A stretch of 61,202 nucleotides of DNA, counting the filler. It is 9 parts of 9 records of this genome, joined end to end, with 100 filler letters (N's around TTAATTAATTAA, not from the genome) between each part and the next. Parts side by side here need not be neighbours in the genome. Positions count along the whole stretch, not along the records: positions 41,263 to 47,918 come from SRR31147125_9098; positions 48,019 to 54,319 come from SRR31147125_9124; positions 54,420 to 61,202 come from SRR31147125_9133; 6 more parts are not named here. One strand, written 5' to 3'. Below are positions 43,747 to 54,478 of this stretch, one piece after another. The notes beneath the pieces were generated by a model that was not told the DNA's origin, made no database searches, and saw only the letters and a program-made list of their open reading frames with translations. How positions within the stretch are numbered: the first letter of the stretch is position 1; each line of letters starts with the position of its first letter. The translations under genes and the position numbers were made by a program.

Positions 43747-44723
43747 TTATTTTCCTCCATTCTGCATTAAAGCTTTTTTATGTAATCTTTTTCTCTCGCT
43801 TCTTCTCTTGCATCTTTTGTAAGAGAACTATAAACAAACAGGCTAAGTACTGAAGTTACTATGAATATTAGTACAGATACAACACCAGCTGCTCCATAGT
43901 TTTTGCTTACCAAGTGTTTGTTTAGGTACATGATCATAGTCATACTTGTTCTATCAGGGTTACCGTTTCCGTTAGTCAAGATCTGTGGAACATCAAACAT
44001 TTGAATCCCGCCAATCATAGATGTTATAAGTACAAATACTAAAATAGGCATTAACAGTGGAAAAGTAACTTTGAACAATACTTGAACTGGTTTTGCTCCG
44101 TCAACTTCTGCGGCTTCAAACAATGCTTGGTCAATACCCATAATACCTGCCATAAGCAAGATTGTAGTGTTACCAAACCACATCAAAAAGTTCATGCTGC
44201 CAATGAGGCCTCTAGTTGCCCAAATGCTGGATAAAAACCTGAAAGGTTCGTCGATAATTCCAAAACTCATAAGAAATAAGTTAACGGGTCCGTTGTCTGA
44301 AAACAAAGCAAAAAACAACATTGAAAACGCAGATGCCATAATTAGGTTTGGCATATAAATAACTGTTTTAAATAACCCCTGTCCTTTTATGTTCATGCGA
44401 TAATTTGTAAAAATTAAAGCAAGCAACAGAGCTATTATAATCTGCGGTATAAACCCTATTAGCCAAAGAATTAAAGTGTTTAATGCAAAACGCGGTAATT
44501 CCCCAGTGGTAATTATGTCAATGTAGTTTTGCCAACCTACAAAGTTTGGACCAACTTGTAAAAGTCCAACCCGATAGTTTTCGAAAAAACTGTTATAAAA
44601 CGTTGATACCAAAGGTATCAACTGAAAGATGATATATACTACGAAAAATGGAGCGACAAAAATATATCCCCATTTTGCATAGCTAACTCCCTTTCTCCCA
44701 TTAGCCTTTATTTTTGATTTCAT
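43747..44723 (-). CDS. Carbohydrate ABC permease (MalF-like)
   Basis: FEAAEVDGA loop. One extra A at 43788-43792 moves the stop to 43747, abutting the next ATG. Confidence 0.9.
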
Positions 44724-44778
44724 AATTCTCTTCCCCGTATAAAAATTAGTATATTGTGTGAAGCTATTTAATCATTTG

Positions 44779-44891
44779 ATTATATATGCCATTAGCATAC
44801 AAAATAGGTACTAATGGCATATATAATAATATGAATTGTCTTTTGTTTGATTTTTTTAAATAGTCTGGCGAATATATCATCCGCCAGACTA
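44779..44891 (-). terminator. Two stem-loops after the solute-binding gene
   Basis: 17-bp IR 44779-44795 / 44811-44827 and 10-bp IR 44861-44870 / 44882-44891. Confidence 0.6.
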
Positions 44892-44908
44892 ATTGTACTA
44901 CTATTAGA

Positions 44909-46303
44909 TTAGTAGCTCAAGTTTGGATAAATTTCTGTAATTGATGTATAGAAGTTTTCATAAGCAGTTTCTTCATCAACAACACCGTCAAAATAATCTT
45001 TAAACGCTGCTTGGAATTTCTCTGTCATACCTTGATCGTATGGTCCGATGTTTTCCATGCTGATTGATTGTGCGCTGTCTAGGAAAGTAGCGATGTGGTT
45101 TTGTCCACCTAAGAATTCGTGACCGAAACTTTCATCCGCTGCTAATTCTTCCATAGCTGCTACGTTGTTTGTGAAGTCAGCAAATTTTTCTGAGATAGCT
45201 TTTAGAGTATCTGTATCACATGTTAGTGTATACATGATGTCTTTTACAAGTTCAGCGTTGTCTGTTCCAGTAGCTGCACACATCCATGTACCACCCCAGA
45301 AGAAACCTTGTGGTCCTTTTACAAGACCCCAGTCACCATATGAACCGTTTCCAACTTCTTCAGTGCCTTCAGCATCATCAAGAGCGTTTGGCATTAGACA
45401 GAAATCGAAGAACCAACCAGGTCCAAAGTATGTCATAACTTTACCGTCAGTTTTTGCGCCAGCCCATTGTTCTGCTGACCATAGAGAAGCTTTATCGTTG
45501 TAGCCATTGTCAGTAAACTCTTTTGTTTGTTTAACCCAACGTTTAACTGAATCGTCTACAGTGATTTTGTCGTCAGTAACCCATGGTGCTGATACGTTGT
45601 TAGAGAATACTCTGAAGTTATCGTCATAACCAGATACCATTAAGTATCCTTTTTCTTTAGCGTCAGCAGCAACTGCTTCGTATTTATCCCATGTGTCGAT
45701 AGCTGCTTGAACGTCTTCAGGTTCACCAGAACCGATAACTTCTTCAGCTATTGAACGACGATAGATAACGCCACCAGGACATGCTTGCCATGAAACACCT
45801 TTTAAAACTCCGTCAACAGTACAGATGTCTTTTGTATATTGGTACATACCAGAAACATCTTCATCTGTAAGACCGATATCGTTGATAACGTCTAGAGTGT
45901 AATCTGTGTTAACATATTTTAGTGCATAGTCAGCTTCGATCAAGAATAGGTCAATCTTATCATCGTCAGCTGCGTCAGCTTGAGCAAGTAATGCTTCATC
46001 CAATTTGTTTTGGTATGCATTGTCTTGGTTTGGTGTGATTACCCAGTTAACTGTAACGTCGTCTGGCACTAAACCTTTGTTTTCAAAGAACTCAACATAA
46101 CGATCTTGGAATTCTGTATTCCAACAATAGATGTTAAGAACCTTTCCTTGCTCAGCAGCTGGCTCATCAGCAGCAGCTTCTTCAGCAGCTGGCTCTTCAG
46201 CAGCAGGTTCTTCAGCAGCTGGCTCTTCAGCAGCAGGACTACATGATGCGAATGATACCACCATCAATGATAGAACTAATACGATTACTAAAATCTTTTT
46301 CAT
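44909..46303 (-). CDS. Sugar ABC solute-binding lipoprotein
   Basis: Lipobox FASC, AAEEP linker repeats, FFWGGTW. Confidence 0.9.
   Translation of the reverse strand: MKKILVIVLVLSLMVVSFASCSPAAEEPAAEEPAAEEPAAEEAAADEPAAEQGKVLNIYCWNTEFQDRYVEFFENKGLVPDDVTVNWVITPNQDNAYQNKLDEALLAQADAADDDKIDLFLIEADYALKYVNTDYTLDVINDIGLTDEDVSGMYQYTKDICTVDGVLKGVSWQACPGGVIYRRSIAEEVIGSGEPEDVQAAIDTWDKYEAVAADAKEKGYLMVSGYDDNFRVFSNNVSAPWVTDDKITVDDSVKRWVKQTKEFTDNGYNDKASLWSAEQWAGAKTDGKVMTYFGPGWFFDFCLMPNALDDAEGTEEVGNGSYGDWGLVKGPQGFFWGGTWMCAATGTDNAELVKDIMYTLTCDTDTLKAISEKFADFTNNVAAMEELAADESFGHEFLGGQNHIATFLDSAQSISMENIGPYDQGMTEKFQAAFKDYFDGVVDEETAYENFYTSITEIYPNLSY
46151..46237 (-). repeat. 15-nt coding repeat (PAAEE)n linker
   Basis: [29 protein letters not shown]. 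Confidence 0.85.
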
Positions 46304-46333
46304 TTTCTTCCTCCATGATTATTGTATTATTAA

Positions 46334-47383
46334 TTAATGGTTACATAAATGTCCATTAAACTTTAATTCTTTTACTGTTTCTCCTTTAATGACACGGCCT
46401 TCAATTAAAATTTGTTCAGCTATGTATGTTTTTGGAGATTCTATTGCTTCAATTAACTTTTCAGCAGCTCTTTTACCAAGCAACTCTGTATTCTGCTTTA
46501 AAGTAGTAAGATGTGGGCGCATAACCCTTGAAAGATATATTCCGTCATATCCTACTACACTTATATCTTCAGGAACTTTTAAGCCGTATTGCTCAATTTC
46601 GTTCATTCCGCCAATGTAAGAAAAATCATCGGGATATATTATGCATGTTGGTCGGTCTTTTAAAGAAAGTAATTTTTTTGTCGCAAGACCGCTTTCGTTA
46701 GGATCATGGTAAATAGCTTCGCATAAATACTCATCTGGTATGTTTATTCCTAAGCTTTCACATGTTCTGTGAAAACTGGCAAGACGGTTTTTTGTAACAG
46801 AAGTATCTTCACCGTGAATGTATGCAATTTTTTTGTGACCCATACTGTGTATATAAGTTACTAAATCTCTAATGCTTTGAATGTTATCCGAAATAATAGA
46901 AGTTCTATTGTCAAAAACATGATCTATTGTGACAACAGGCACATCGCTGTTTGCAAGCTCTATTACCATTGGATTGGTAAAATCAACACTAGCAATAACA
47001 ACACCATCGCACCTTCTATATTTGCAATGTTCTAAATAACTCATTTTAGTTGCGCCCATATGGCTGCTAATAAATGTTATATCATAACCGTGATCCTCAG
47101 CAACTACTTTTAAAGAGTTTAAAACTTGAGAAAAATATTCATGTGTAAGTCCGCTTCGTGTTTTATCTACAAACAAAACGCCGATATTATATGAACGGTT
47201 AGTTTTAAGTGATCTTGCAGCTGAATTTGGGAAGTAGCCCATTTGCTTTGCGGTTTCTTTTACTTTTCCTGCTGTTTCTGGGCCAATATCTGATGCTCCG
47301 TTTAAGGCTTTAGATACTGTTGCTATAGAAACATTGCATTTTTCAGCTATTTCTTTCATTGTAACCATTGAAAATCTCCCCAA
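46334..47383 (-). CDS. LacI-family repressor
   Basis: TMKEIAEKCNVSIATVSKALN, YFPNSAARSL, VPEDISVVGYD. Confidence 0.95.
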   Translation of the reverse strand: MGRFSMVTMKEIAEKCNVSIATVSKALNGASDIGPETAGKVKETAKQMGYFPNSAARSLKTNRSYNIGVLFVDKTRSGLTHEYFSQVLNSLKVVAEDHGYDITFISSHMGATKMSYLEHCKYRRCDGVVIASVDFTNPMVIELANSDVPVVTIDHVFDNRTSIISDNIQSIRDLVTYIHSMGHKKIAYIHGEDTSVTKNRLASFHRTCESLGINIPDEYLCEAIYHDPNESGLATKKLLSLKDRPTCIIYPDDFSYIGGMNEIEQYGLKVPEDISVVGYDGIYLSRVMRPHLTTLKQNTELLGKRAAEKLIEAIESPKTYIAEQILIEGRVIKGETVKELKFNGHLCNH

Positions 47384-47403
47384 ATAATTTACATTAAGAC
47401 TAC

Positions 47404-47637
47404 TTAATCGTTTACGTTAAAAATATCGTATCATTATAGATTAGTTTTGTCAATAATTTGTTCATATTTAATTGTAAATTCGTAAAACCGAAGCGGAAAG
47501 GCGTAATTATTGCAATTGCTATGATGAAATCCAACGAAAAATTCTAAAAAAATCAATTTACACTTTACTTTTATCATCTTCGCATGTAGAATATGAATAA
47601 ATAATTAACAAAAAGCATGATTTTGTTTAATCGTTTA
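47404..47637. promoter_or_regulatory. Two putative LacI operators TTAATCGTTTA
   Basis: Identical CG-centred near-palindromes at 47404-47414 and 47627-47637, one before each divergent gene. Confidence 0.6.
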
Positions 47638-47669
47638 AGTGGAAAATAAATAGTCGAATAAGGGTAAGG

Positions 47670-47918
47670 ATGAAGAAAATGAAGTATGGGTTTTTTGATG
47701 ATAATAATAAGGAATACGTAATAAACACACCTGCAACGCCACTGCCGTGGATTAACTATCTTGGGAATGACGGTTTTTTTAGTTTAATTTCTAATACTGC
47801 TGGTGGGTATAGTTTTTACAGAGATGCGAAGCTTCGCCGTATAACAAGATATAGATACAATAATGTTCCTGCTGATACAGGAAGCAGATGTTTTTATATT
47901 AAAGATGGTGATGCTTTT
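47670..47918 (+). CDS. GH94 glycoside phosphorylase (cellobiose/chitobiose type), N-terminal part
   Basis: [24 protein letters not shown]...[24 protein letters not shown]. Confidence 0.92.
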
Positions 47919-48018
47919 NNNNNNNNNNNNNNNNNNNNNNNNNNNNNNNNNNNNNNNNNNNNTTAATTAATTAANNNNNNNNNNNNNNNNNNNNNNNNNN
48001 NNNNNNNNNNNNNNNNNN
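47919..48018. other. Artificial contig spacer
   Basis: N44-TTAATTAATTAA-N44. Confidence 0.99.
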
Positions 48019-48180
48019 TTCAAGACCTGCAATCATTCTAAGTGTTGTAGATTTACCGCATCCTGATGGACCAACAAAAACGATAAATTCACCGTCTTTG
48101 ACATCCATTTCAAAATTAAAAACAGCTTGAACACCATTAGGATATATTTTATTGATGTTTTTAAATTGCATTGTTCCCAT
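48019..48180 (-). CDS. MalK/UgpC-type ABC ATPase, N-terminal part
   Basis: [25 protein letters not shown]. Confidence 0.92.
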
Positions 48181-48183
48181 TGT

Positions 48184-48696
48184 TTAATTCTCCTTCAAGT
48201 GCTTTTGTAATAATGATACTTTTTTAGATGCTGCGAGTCCTGCAATTAAAAGTGAAACACTACTTAATACAAATAATACAACAATGTATATAAATGTTTT
48301 TGTAGGAACCATTGCAGTCATTTCATCATCATATAAGCCATAAATATAAAAAGGTATATTAAATATTCTTAAAAAATTGATGCCTGCTAAAATAAACAAA
48401 CCAAATCGTGACCAAAATGAGTCATAGAATTTTATTTTTTCTGATGCCATAAAAGTAAGAAGCATTAAAACAATTCCTATGCCGATAGCTACGCCAATTC
48501 TTGCATCTGGTACAACTCTAATGTTATTACCAGTTGTATTAAAATTGTCATAAGTAATCATCACGAATAAGGCAATTAAACTAAATATTAATGAAATGAG
48601 GACAAGTCTAGCACTAAATTTATTTTCTTGATAACGCATTTTATCAATTTCATTAAATGCCTTTTTTTCCACATTTGCTTGTTCTTGTGTTGTCAT
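48184..48696 (-). CDS. Hypothetical 4-TM membrane protein
   Basis: Tightly packed in the ABC operon; GGAGG RBS; hydrophobic helices. Confidence 0.7.
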   Translation of the reverse strand: MTTQEQANVEKKAFNEIDKMRYQENKFSARLVLISLIFSLIALFVMITYDNFNTTGNNIRVVPDARIGVAIGIGIVLMLLTFMASEKIKFYDSFWSRFGLFILAGINFLRIFNIPFYIYGLYDDEMTAMVPTKTFIYIVVLFVLSSVSLLIAGLAASKKVSLLQKHLKEN

Positions 48697-48697
48697 A

Positions 48698-49231
48698 TTA
48701 TACCTCCATGCTTAGTTTCTTCATTTTAGCAGAATTAACTTTTTGTTGATATTTTTTAACGATAAAGTAAATACTAAAACTTGAACATACGATAAGTGCA
48801 ACAGATACAAATATACCTGCATCATAGATAAATGTATTAACTTTCGCATAATTTAAGGCAATTAATATTTTAATATTGTCTGTTGAAGGATCCATTGTTT
48901 GAATAAACTCTGTTCTTAACGGTATAATTTTAATCACTGTTAAAATACTAACACTTATTGATAATACTGATGATAAGATAGCTGTAACAAAGTTAGGTAT
49001 AAAGAAATTCACATTCTTATGGTTACCTAATATATATGATAGTCCTGATAGAACAACTAACCAAACCGCATAAGGAAATAATTGTTTATTCACTGTTTGA
49101 GAATGTGCATATAATTCAGCAACTCTCGTTGATCCTAAGGCAACATTTGTTGATATACCCAGTGTGAATACAAAGTACATCGTTGATAATATCAACATGC
49201 CTATAAATACTACTTTTTGTAATTTTTTCAT
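48698..49231 (-). CDS. Hypothetical 4-TM membrane protein
   Basis: GAGG RBS; hydrophobic helices; operonic spacing. Confidence 0.7.
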   Translation of the reverse strand: MKKLQKVVFIGMLILSTMYFVFTLGISTNVALGSTRVAELYAHSQTVNKQLFPYAVWLVVLSGLSYILGNHKNVNFFIPNFVTAILSSVLSISVSILTVIKIIPLRTEFIQTMDPSTDNIKILIALNYAKVNTFIYDAGIFVSVALIVCSSFSIYFIVKKYQQKVNSAKMKKLSMEV

Positions 49232-49258
49232 GTCATACCTCTTTTTAATAATTGAACA

Positions 49259-49283
49259 CTAGGGAAGGAAATACCTTCCCTAG
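49259..49283. terminator. Stem-loop after the solute-binding gene
   Basis: CTAGGGAAGG-AAATA-CCTTCCCTAG. Confidence 0.65.
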
Positions 49284-49322
49284 ATGATTCAATCTATCAT
49301 TTTTTAAATGTAATAATTATTC

Positions 49323-51380
49323 TTAGTCGTTAATTCTCGCATAAGCGTCATTATAAGCTTTAATATAGATGTTTTCATAAATATCTACATCATTATCTGA
49401 AATAAATTCTTCCCAGTATTCAGCTTCTGTTAATGAACCACCGTTACCACTAAATCCATATTTAACCATTGTAATTAATGCATTATCTGAATAGAGTTGA
49501 GTAAATGTAGCTGCTGCTGCAATTTCATCACTTTCAGCTTCTGTTAATGGATAGAATGTTGGAGATAATTGATACCAAGGATTATCTGAATCAACTTGTC
49601 CAGCTAAGTAGAATGTTCCAGCTTGAACTGCTGTATTAATTCTATCAATACCTTCTTGACCATCTTCTGATAATGTTTGGAATTCAAGACCTAGTGAACG
49701 AATGTGTCCAATTGGAAGTGTAGCACCTACATATTGGCGTAAGTAATTAATCATGTTACCACCAGCAAGTTCATTCATTTCTGCTAATGCATCATCACTC
49801 ATCTTATATACATCGTCTCCATTATATTCCATCGTACCATCAGTCCAACCTTCAGGACCATATAATCCCATAGTACCTACTGAATCAACTTCATCATAGT
49901 TATACATTTCATCAACTAATTTTAATACACGATATAATTTAGTTTCATCATCTTCTACATGTGCAGGAATACCCCATGCTTCATTTTTAAGTGAACGAAC
50001 ACCTTCAGTGAAGTGGAAATAATTTCCATCATCTAACCAGTCAATAACTGGAGGTAATACTGCTTGATATTCATATGTTGGATCCACTGAAGAACCTGCA
50101 TCAATTAAACCTTGAGCAGTTGAAGATGCATTATAATCATATGACATAAATCCTGTTGAACTTGATAATAAATAAGTTCTCCAGTTTGATGTAATTGTAT
50201 TATCTTCTGGATTTTGTAAAATTAAACCATCATTATACATATCTGATAAATCATTTACACCATCTACAAAGCTTTGTTCATGTCTGATATCATTGATTGC
50301 ACCATCAGTTTCAAAATATAAGTATTGATGACGTGAGAATACACCACGAAGACCAAACATTTCTAAACCTCTAAATAAGTTTTTAATTCTTGAGCCTTTA
50401 GGTTCTCTTGGGAAATACACTTCAACATTTGATGCCGGTGTATCAAATTCTCTTGTTAGATAAGATGGATTTGATTTAATGACATACATTAATGCAAGTA
50501 ATTCATCTGTGTCATAAGCTGCATCTGTACCTACAAATACATCAGATAACTCAGCATATCCTTGATCACCATAAGTGTCAGAAATATGTGTTCTAAATGC
50601 ATCAGCAATATCTGCACCAGTAGCTGTTGCTGGAAGTGCTTCTAAAACATCTAAGATATTTGCAGTATAATTCTTTTCAACAACTCTTGTTGTACCATCA
50701 GCATTAGCAACTGTGATATCAACATCAATTGGTACATTGATATCTCTTCTATCATAGTTATCTGGTAAAACTGCTGATGTTGAATCAAACGCAGTTGTAT
50801 CATCAGCATCAAGGATATCTCTAACCCAGTCAATACGCATTAAATACATTTGTTCGATTTCACCAAAACCATCAAAGTATGGTGTGAAATAAATACCATC
50901 ATCTGCTGAAGTCATTGAAGCTCTAACAGCTGGGTTTTCATCAAGGAATGCACTTAAGTTTGGCATATCATCTAAATATTTAGATAAGTCAACAAAGTTT
51001 CCTTTTACACCTTCAGGCCCGATATTAGCACCTGTACCGTTGACAACATCAACACCTTCGAAACCTTCTGTTTGAAGTCTTTGGAATTGAGCATCAGTGT
51101 TTTCATCTGATGAAACTGCTTTGTCTACAAAGTCAATATTCAACTCTTCTCCAATAGCTTCCCATGCTGGTAATAAGTCACCTTTAGTGTACGTTTTACC
51201 ATTTAAAGCAGTATAAGAAGTATCTTTATTATATGTAATAAACATTGACCCCTTATAGTTAATTGCCATGTCAAGTGTTACCTCAGAATCGTAATCGATT
51301 TCTTTTGGATCATCTTCGCCACAAGCAACTAATGTTACAAGTGCTAGTACAACTAGCATTAAACCAAAAATTTTTTTCAT
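49323..51380 (-). CDS. Large ABC solute-binding lipoprotein (oligosaccharide type)
   Basis: Lipobox LVAC, FVDLSKYLDDMPNL, DGIYFTPY, MRIDW. Confidence 0.85.
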   Translation of the reverse strand: MKKIFGLMLVVLALVTLVACGEDDPKEIDYDSEVTLDMAINYKGSMFITYNKDTSYTALNGKTYTKGDLLPAWEAIGEELNIDFVDKAVSSDENTDAQFQRLQTEGFEGVDVVNGTGANIGPEGVKGNFVDLSKYLDDMPNLSAFLDENPAVRASMTSADDGIYFTPYFDGFGEIEQMYLMRIDWVRDILDADDTTAFDSTSAVLPDNYDRRDINVPIDVDITVANADGTTRVVEKNYTANILDVLEALPATATGADIADAFRTHISDTYGDQGYAELSDVFVGTDAAYDTDELLALMYVIKSNPSYLTREFDTPASNVEVYFPREPKGSRIKNLFRGLEMFGLRGVFSRHQYLYFETDGAINDIRHEQSFVDGVNDLSDMYNDGLILQNPEDNTITSNWRTYLLSSSTGFMSYDYNASSTAQGLIDAGSSVDPTYEYQAVLPPVIDWLDDGNYFHFTEGVRSLKNEAWGIPAHVEDDETKLYRVLKLVDEMYNYDEVDSVGTMGLYGPEGWTDGTMEYNGDDVYKMSDDALAEMNELAGGNMINYLRQYVGATLPIGHIRSLGLEFQTLSEDGQEGIDRINTAVQAGTFYLAGQVDSDNPWYQLSPTFYPLTEAESDEIAAAATFTQLYSDNALITMVKYGFSGNGGSLTEAEYWEEFISDNDVDIYENIYIKAYNDAYARIND

Positions 51381-51415
51381 TTTTCTTTCTCCCTTTCTGA
51401 AAAATAATTATTTAT

Positions 51416-52279
51416 TTATTCTTTAACCCCACCAACGTTTACACCAGCAGCAAAGTATCTTTGCAAGTATGGATAAATAACGATGATTGGGATAATAGAC
51501 AATACAATCGCAGCAAATGATAATGAATATAAACTATAGGTATAATTGTAAATAACATCAGTATCCGAAGCATCTTCAGTAATCTTTCTTAAGATAACTT
51601 GAAGTGGATGTTCATTACCTTGAACAAGTTTCATATTCCAAAAATAACCATTCCAACGATTTAATGCATAAAACAAAGTAACTGTTGCAATTGCTGCTTT
51701 ACTCATGGGTACATATATATTACCGAGCACTTGGAATTCATTTGCGCCATCAACAATTGCAGCTTCTTCGATTTCTCTAGAAATACCATTAAAATAATTT
51801 CTTAATAATAATATGTTAAATGCTTGGACACCAAACCCATAGATGATTCCCCATCTATTATTAACTAACATTGTTTGATAGTTTAAGTAAGTTGGAATAA
51901 GTCCTGCATTAAACCACATCGTAAATACAATTAAGAATCCAATTTGACTTTTGAATAATAAGTTTCTTCTTGATAATGCATATGCCGCAAATATAGATAA
52001 TGAAATACTAAAGATGGTTCCATACAATGTATAAAACAATGTATTAGTATAAGCTATCCAAAATGATTTTGCATTATCACCAATAATCAATGACATGATC
52101 GCGTCATATTGTATGTCAACTGGCCATAAGAACACCTGACCACTTTCAACCGCAATTTTTGATGAGATTGCCATTGAGATACTATAAATAAATGGATATA
52201 ATGTTGCAAGAGCAAACATTGTAACAAGCACATACGCCAATATTTTAAATATTAATTCACTTTTGTCTAGTCTCTTCAT
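51416..52279 (-). CDS. Carbohydrate ABC permease (YtcP/LplC-like)
   Basis: TMWFNAGLIPTYL, EEAAIVDGANE, YPYLQRYF..GV.VGGVKE. Confidence 0.9.
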   Translation of the reverse strand: MKRLDKSELIFKILAYVLVTMFALATLYPFIYSISMAISSKIAVESGQVFLWPVDIQYDAIMSLIIGDNAKSFWIAYTNTLFYTLYGTIFSISLSIFAAYALSRRNLLFKSQIGFLIVFTMWFNAGLIPTYLNYQTMLVNNRWGIIYGFGVQAFNILLLRNYFNGISREIEEAAIVDGANEFQVLGNIYVPMSKAAIATVTLFYALNRWNGYFWNMKLVQGNEHPLQVILRKITEDASDTDVIYNYTYSLYSLSFAAIVLSIIPIIVIYPYLQRYFAAGVNVGGVKE

Positions 52280-52288
52280 GATAGCCTC

Positions 52289-53331
52289 CTAAAATAATGA
52301 TGTGTCTGTGACACGTCTACTAATGAAATTAGCACCTAGTACTAAGAACATGGCTATCAATGAATTAAATACATCTGCAGCGGCTGCAAAACTAATATTC
52401 GTTGTCAGTCCACCAGACTGCCATACACCACCAAGTTTTAACACATAGGTTGATATAACTTCTGCAGTTGATAATACTTCTTCACCACGGTTTTGTGTAA
52501 GTAGTAATACTTTTTCATAACCAATACTTAATGTTTTACCAATTCTTAAAATCAGCATAATTGTGAGGGTTGGCGCCATACCTGGCAACGTCACATATCT
52601 AATTTGATCAAGTTTATTTGCACCATCAATTTTAGCTGCTTCGTAATTTGTAGGACTGATTGCCATAATTGCTGCAAAGTACACAATTGAACCATAACCT
52701 GCTGCTTGCCATATATCAGTAATAATAAATATAGATCTAAAATATTCAGGTTTAGATAGCATCGGCGTGCCTTCTTCTATGACACCCCAGTTAATGAGTA
52801 ATGAGTTTATAATACCTGGTTCAATGGAATCATTTCCACCAGATAACATGAGTGCAACAATGGATGTGATAACAACCGTTGATATAAATTTAGGTAAATA
52901 AGAAATGATTTGTGTTGTTGCACGGTATGCTTCATTTTTTATTTCACTAAATAATAATGCTAAGATAATTGGAATTGGGAAACCAAAGAATAACCCATAC
53001 GTTGATAATGTGAATGTGTTTCTAAAAGCTCTCCAGAAATTATCGGCCTCAGATCCAAACATCAATACTTTAAATGCGTAGAATCCGTAGAAATCACTAT
53101 CTGCAAGTGATATACCATAGTCATCATAATTTTTAAACGCAATCATGATCCCGCCTATGGGTTGATATTTAAAGAAATAGAAGAATAGCATCACTGGAAT
53201 AAGCATGACATATATAGGCCAGCTTTTCTTAATAAGTCGCCAGTAATTACGCCATCTATTTTTTCCATTTGCTCTAGCAGTTCTCGTCTTTTAAGTTCTT
53301 CTTTTGAAATGTCATTGATTTTACTACTCAT
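52289..53331 (-). CDS. Carbohydrate ABC permease (YteP/LplB-like; apparent 1-nt deletion at 53259-53264)
   Basis: FPIPIILALL, SYLPKFIS, YEAAKIDGA. One extra A links the ATG at 53331. Confidence 0.9.
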
Positions 53332-53338
53332 ATGATTG

Positions 53339-53884
53339 TTACCTTTCTGCTCTGTTTAAAAAATAATGCTTCATATCTATAAATAGTGTTTTTTGTTTCG
53401 AGATTAGAAACAAGATACCACCAACAAATATGAAATTAAATAAATGGTTAATAACCATATCTATGAGATTTATTTGATAACCAAATAAATTCATCATACT
53501 AAATTCAAGAATGAATGTAGCGATGTATGCGAATAGATACATAAGCCACACTTGGGATAATTGCCATACTTTGACTTTTTTATGATGTATATACATATAG
53601 TAAATAGATAATCCTATTAAACTAAAGATGTGTATACCAATTACACCTAATGGATCATCAGTGACTAAGGTATATAATATGATATGTGTCACTATTTGTG
53701 CACCATGCACATAAAATCCGTAACCTTTCCATCGTACATAAGCTAAAATGACAATCGCATAGCTTGGTGCAAAATACATGGTGATATGTGCCCTTTTGAA
53801 AAACAGAACACCTACAACATCTACGATGATGACAACGATAGCGAGTATGAATATGTCAAAGTTTCTAAATTTTTTTATTGTCAA
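53339..53884 (-). CDS. Hypothetical membrane protein
   Basis: About six TM helices; first gene of the operon. Confidence 0.6.
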   Translation of the reverse strand: MTIKKFRNFDIFILAIVVIIVDVVGVLFFKRAHITMYFAPSYAIVILAYVRWKGYGFYVHGAQIVTHIILYTLVTDDPLGVIGIHIFSLIGLSIYYMYIHHKKVKVWQLSQVWLMYLFAYIATFILEFSMMNLFGYQINLIDMVINHLFNFIFVGGILFLISKQKTLFIDMKHYFLNRAER

Positions 53885-53935
53885 AACTACAACTCCCTTA
53901 TATAATGGGTTTAGATTTCAATAAGGAGACTACAT

Positions 53936-54319
53936 ATGATTAAACGATACGTTACACCTAAGGACGACATTCAATCTATACTCAATGCTTATCCACTAAA
54001 TGAGATGATTGAACTTCACTTGAGTGAAGGTGTTTATCATCAAAAATTACATTTAGCGCATACGCATTTGAAGGTCATTGGTCATGATTCTAAAACCACT
54101 AAAATTACTTATGCTGATTACAGTTATAAAATGCATCAAGACGGATTACTTTATAATACTTTTAGAACATCAACTGTTGTTGTGACAGGTGATGATGTGA
54201 CTCTAAAAAATCTTACGATTGAAAATTCTTCTGGGCATGGATTGACCATTGGTCAAGCAGTCGCATTATCGCTTTATGGAGACCATTCAAGGGTTATTAA
54301 CTGTCACTTGAAAAGTTTC
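53936..54319 (+). CDS. Pectinesterase (CE8), N-terminal part
   Basis: IQS, GVY.QK, TFRTSTV, NLTIENS.G...GQAVAL...GD. Confidence 0.85.
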
Positions 54320-54419
54320 NNNNNNNNNNNNNNNNNNNNNNNNNNNNNNNNNNNNNNNNNNNNTTAATTAATTAANNNNNNNNNNNNNNNNNNNNNNNNN
54401 NNNNNNNNNNNNNNNNNNN
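54320..54419. other. Artificial contig spacer
   Basis: N44-TTAATTAATTAA-N44. Confidence 0.99.
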
Positions 54420-54478
54420 CTCAGTGTCCACTAAAATATAGCAACTCTACCAATCTAATTTTTAGGATAAGAGTATTT

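Noticed and set aside
48019-54319. UGA-Trp recoding in the mollicute-like block
   Set aside because: ORFs read through fully in the standard code and the Trp codons checked are TGG.
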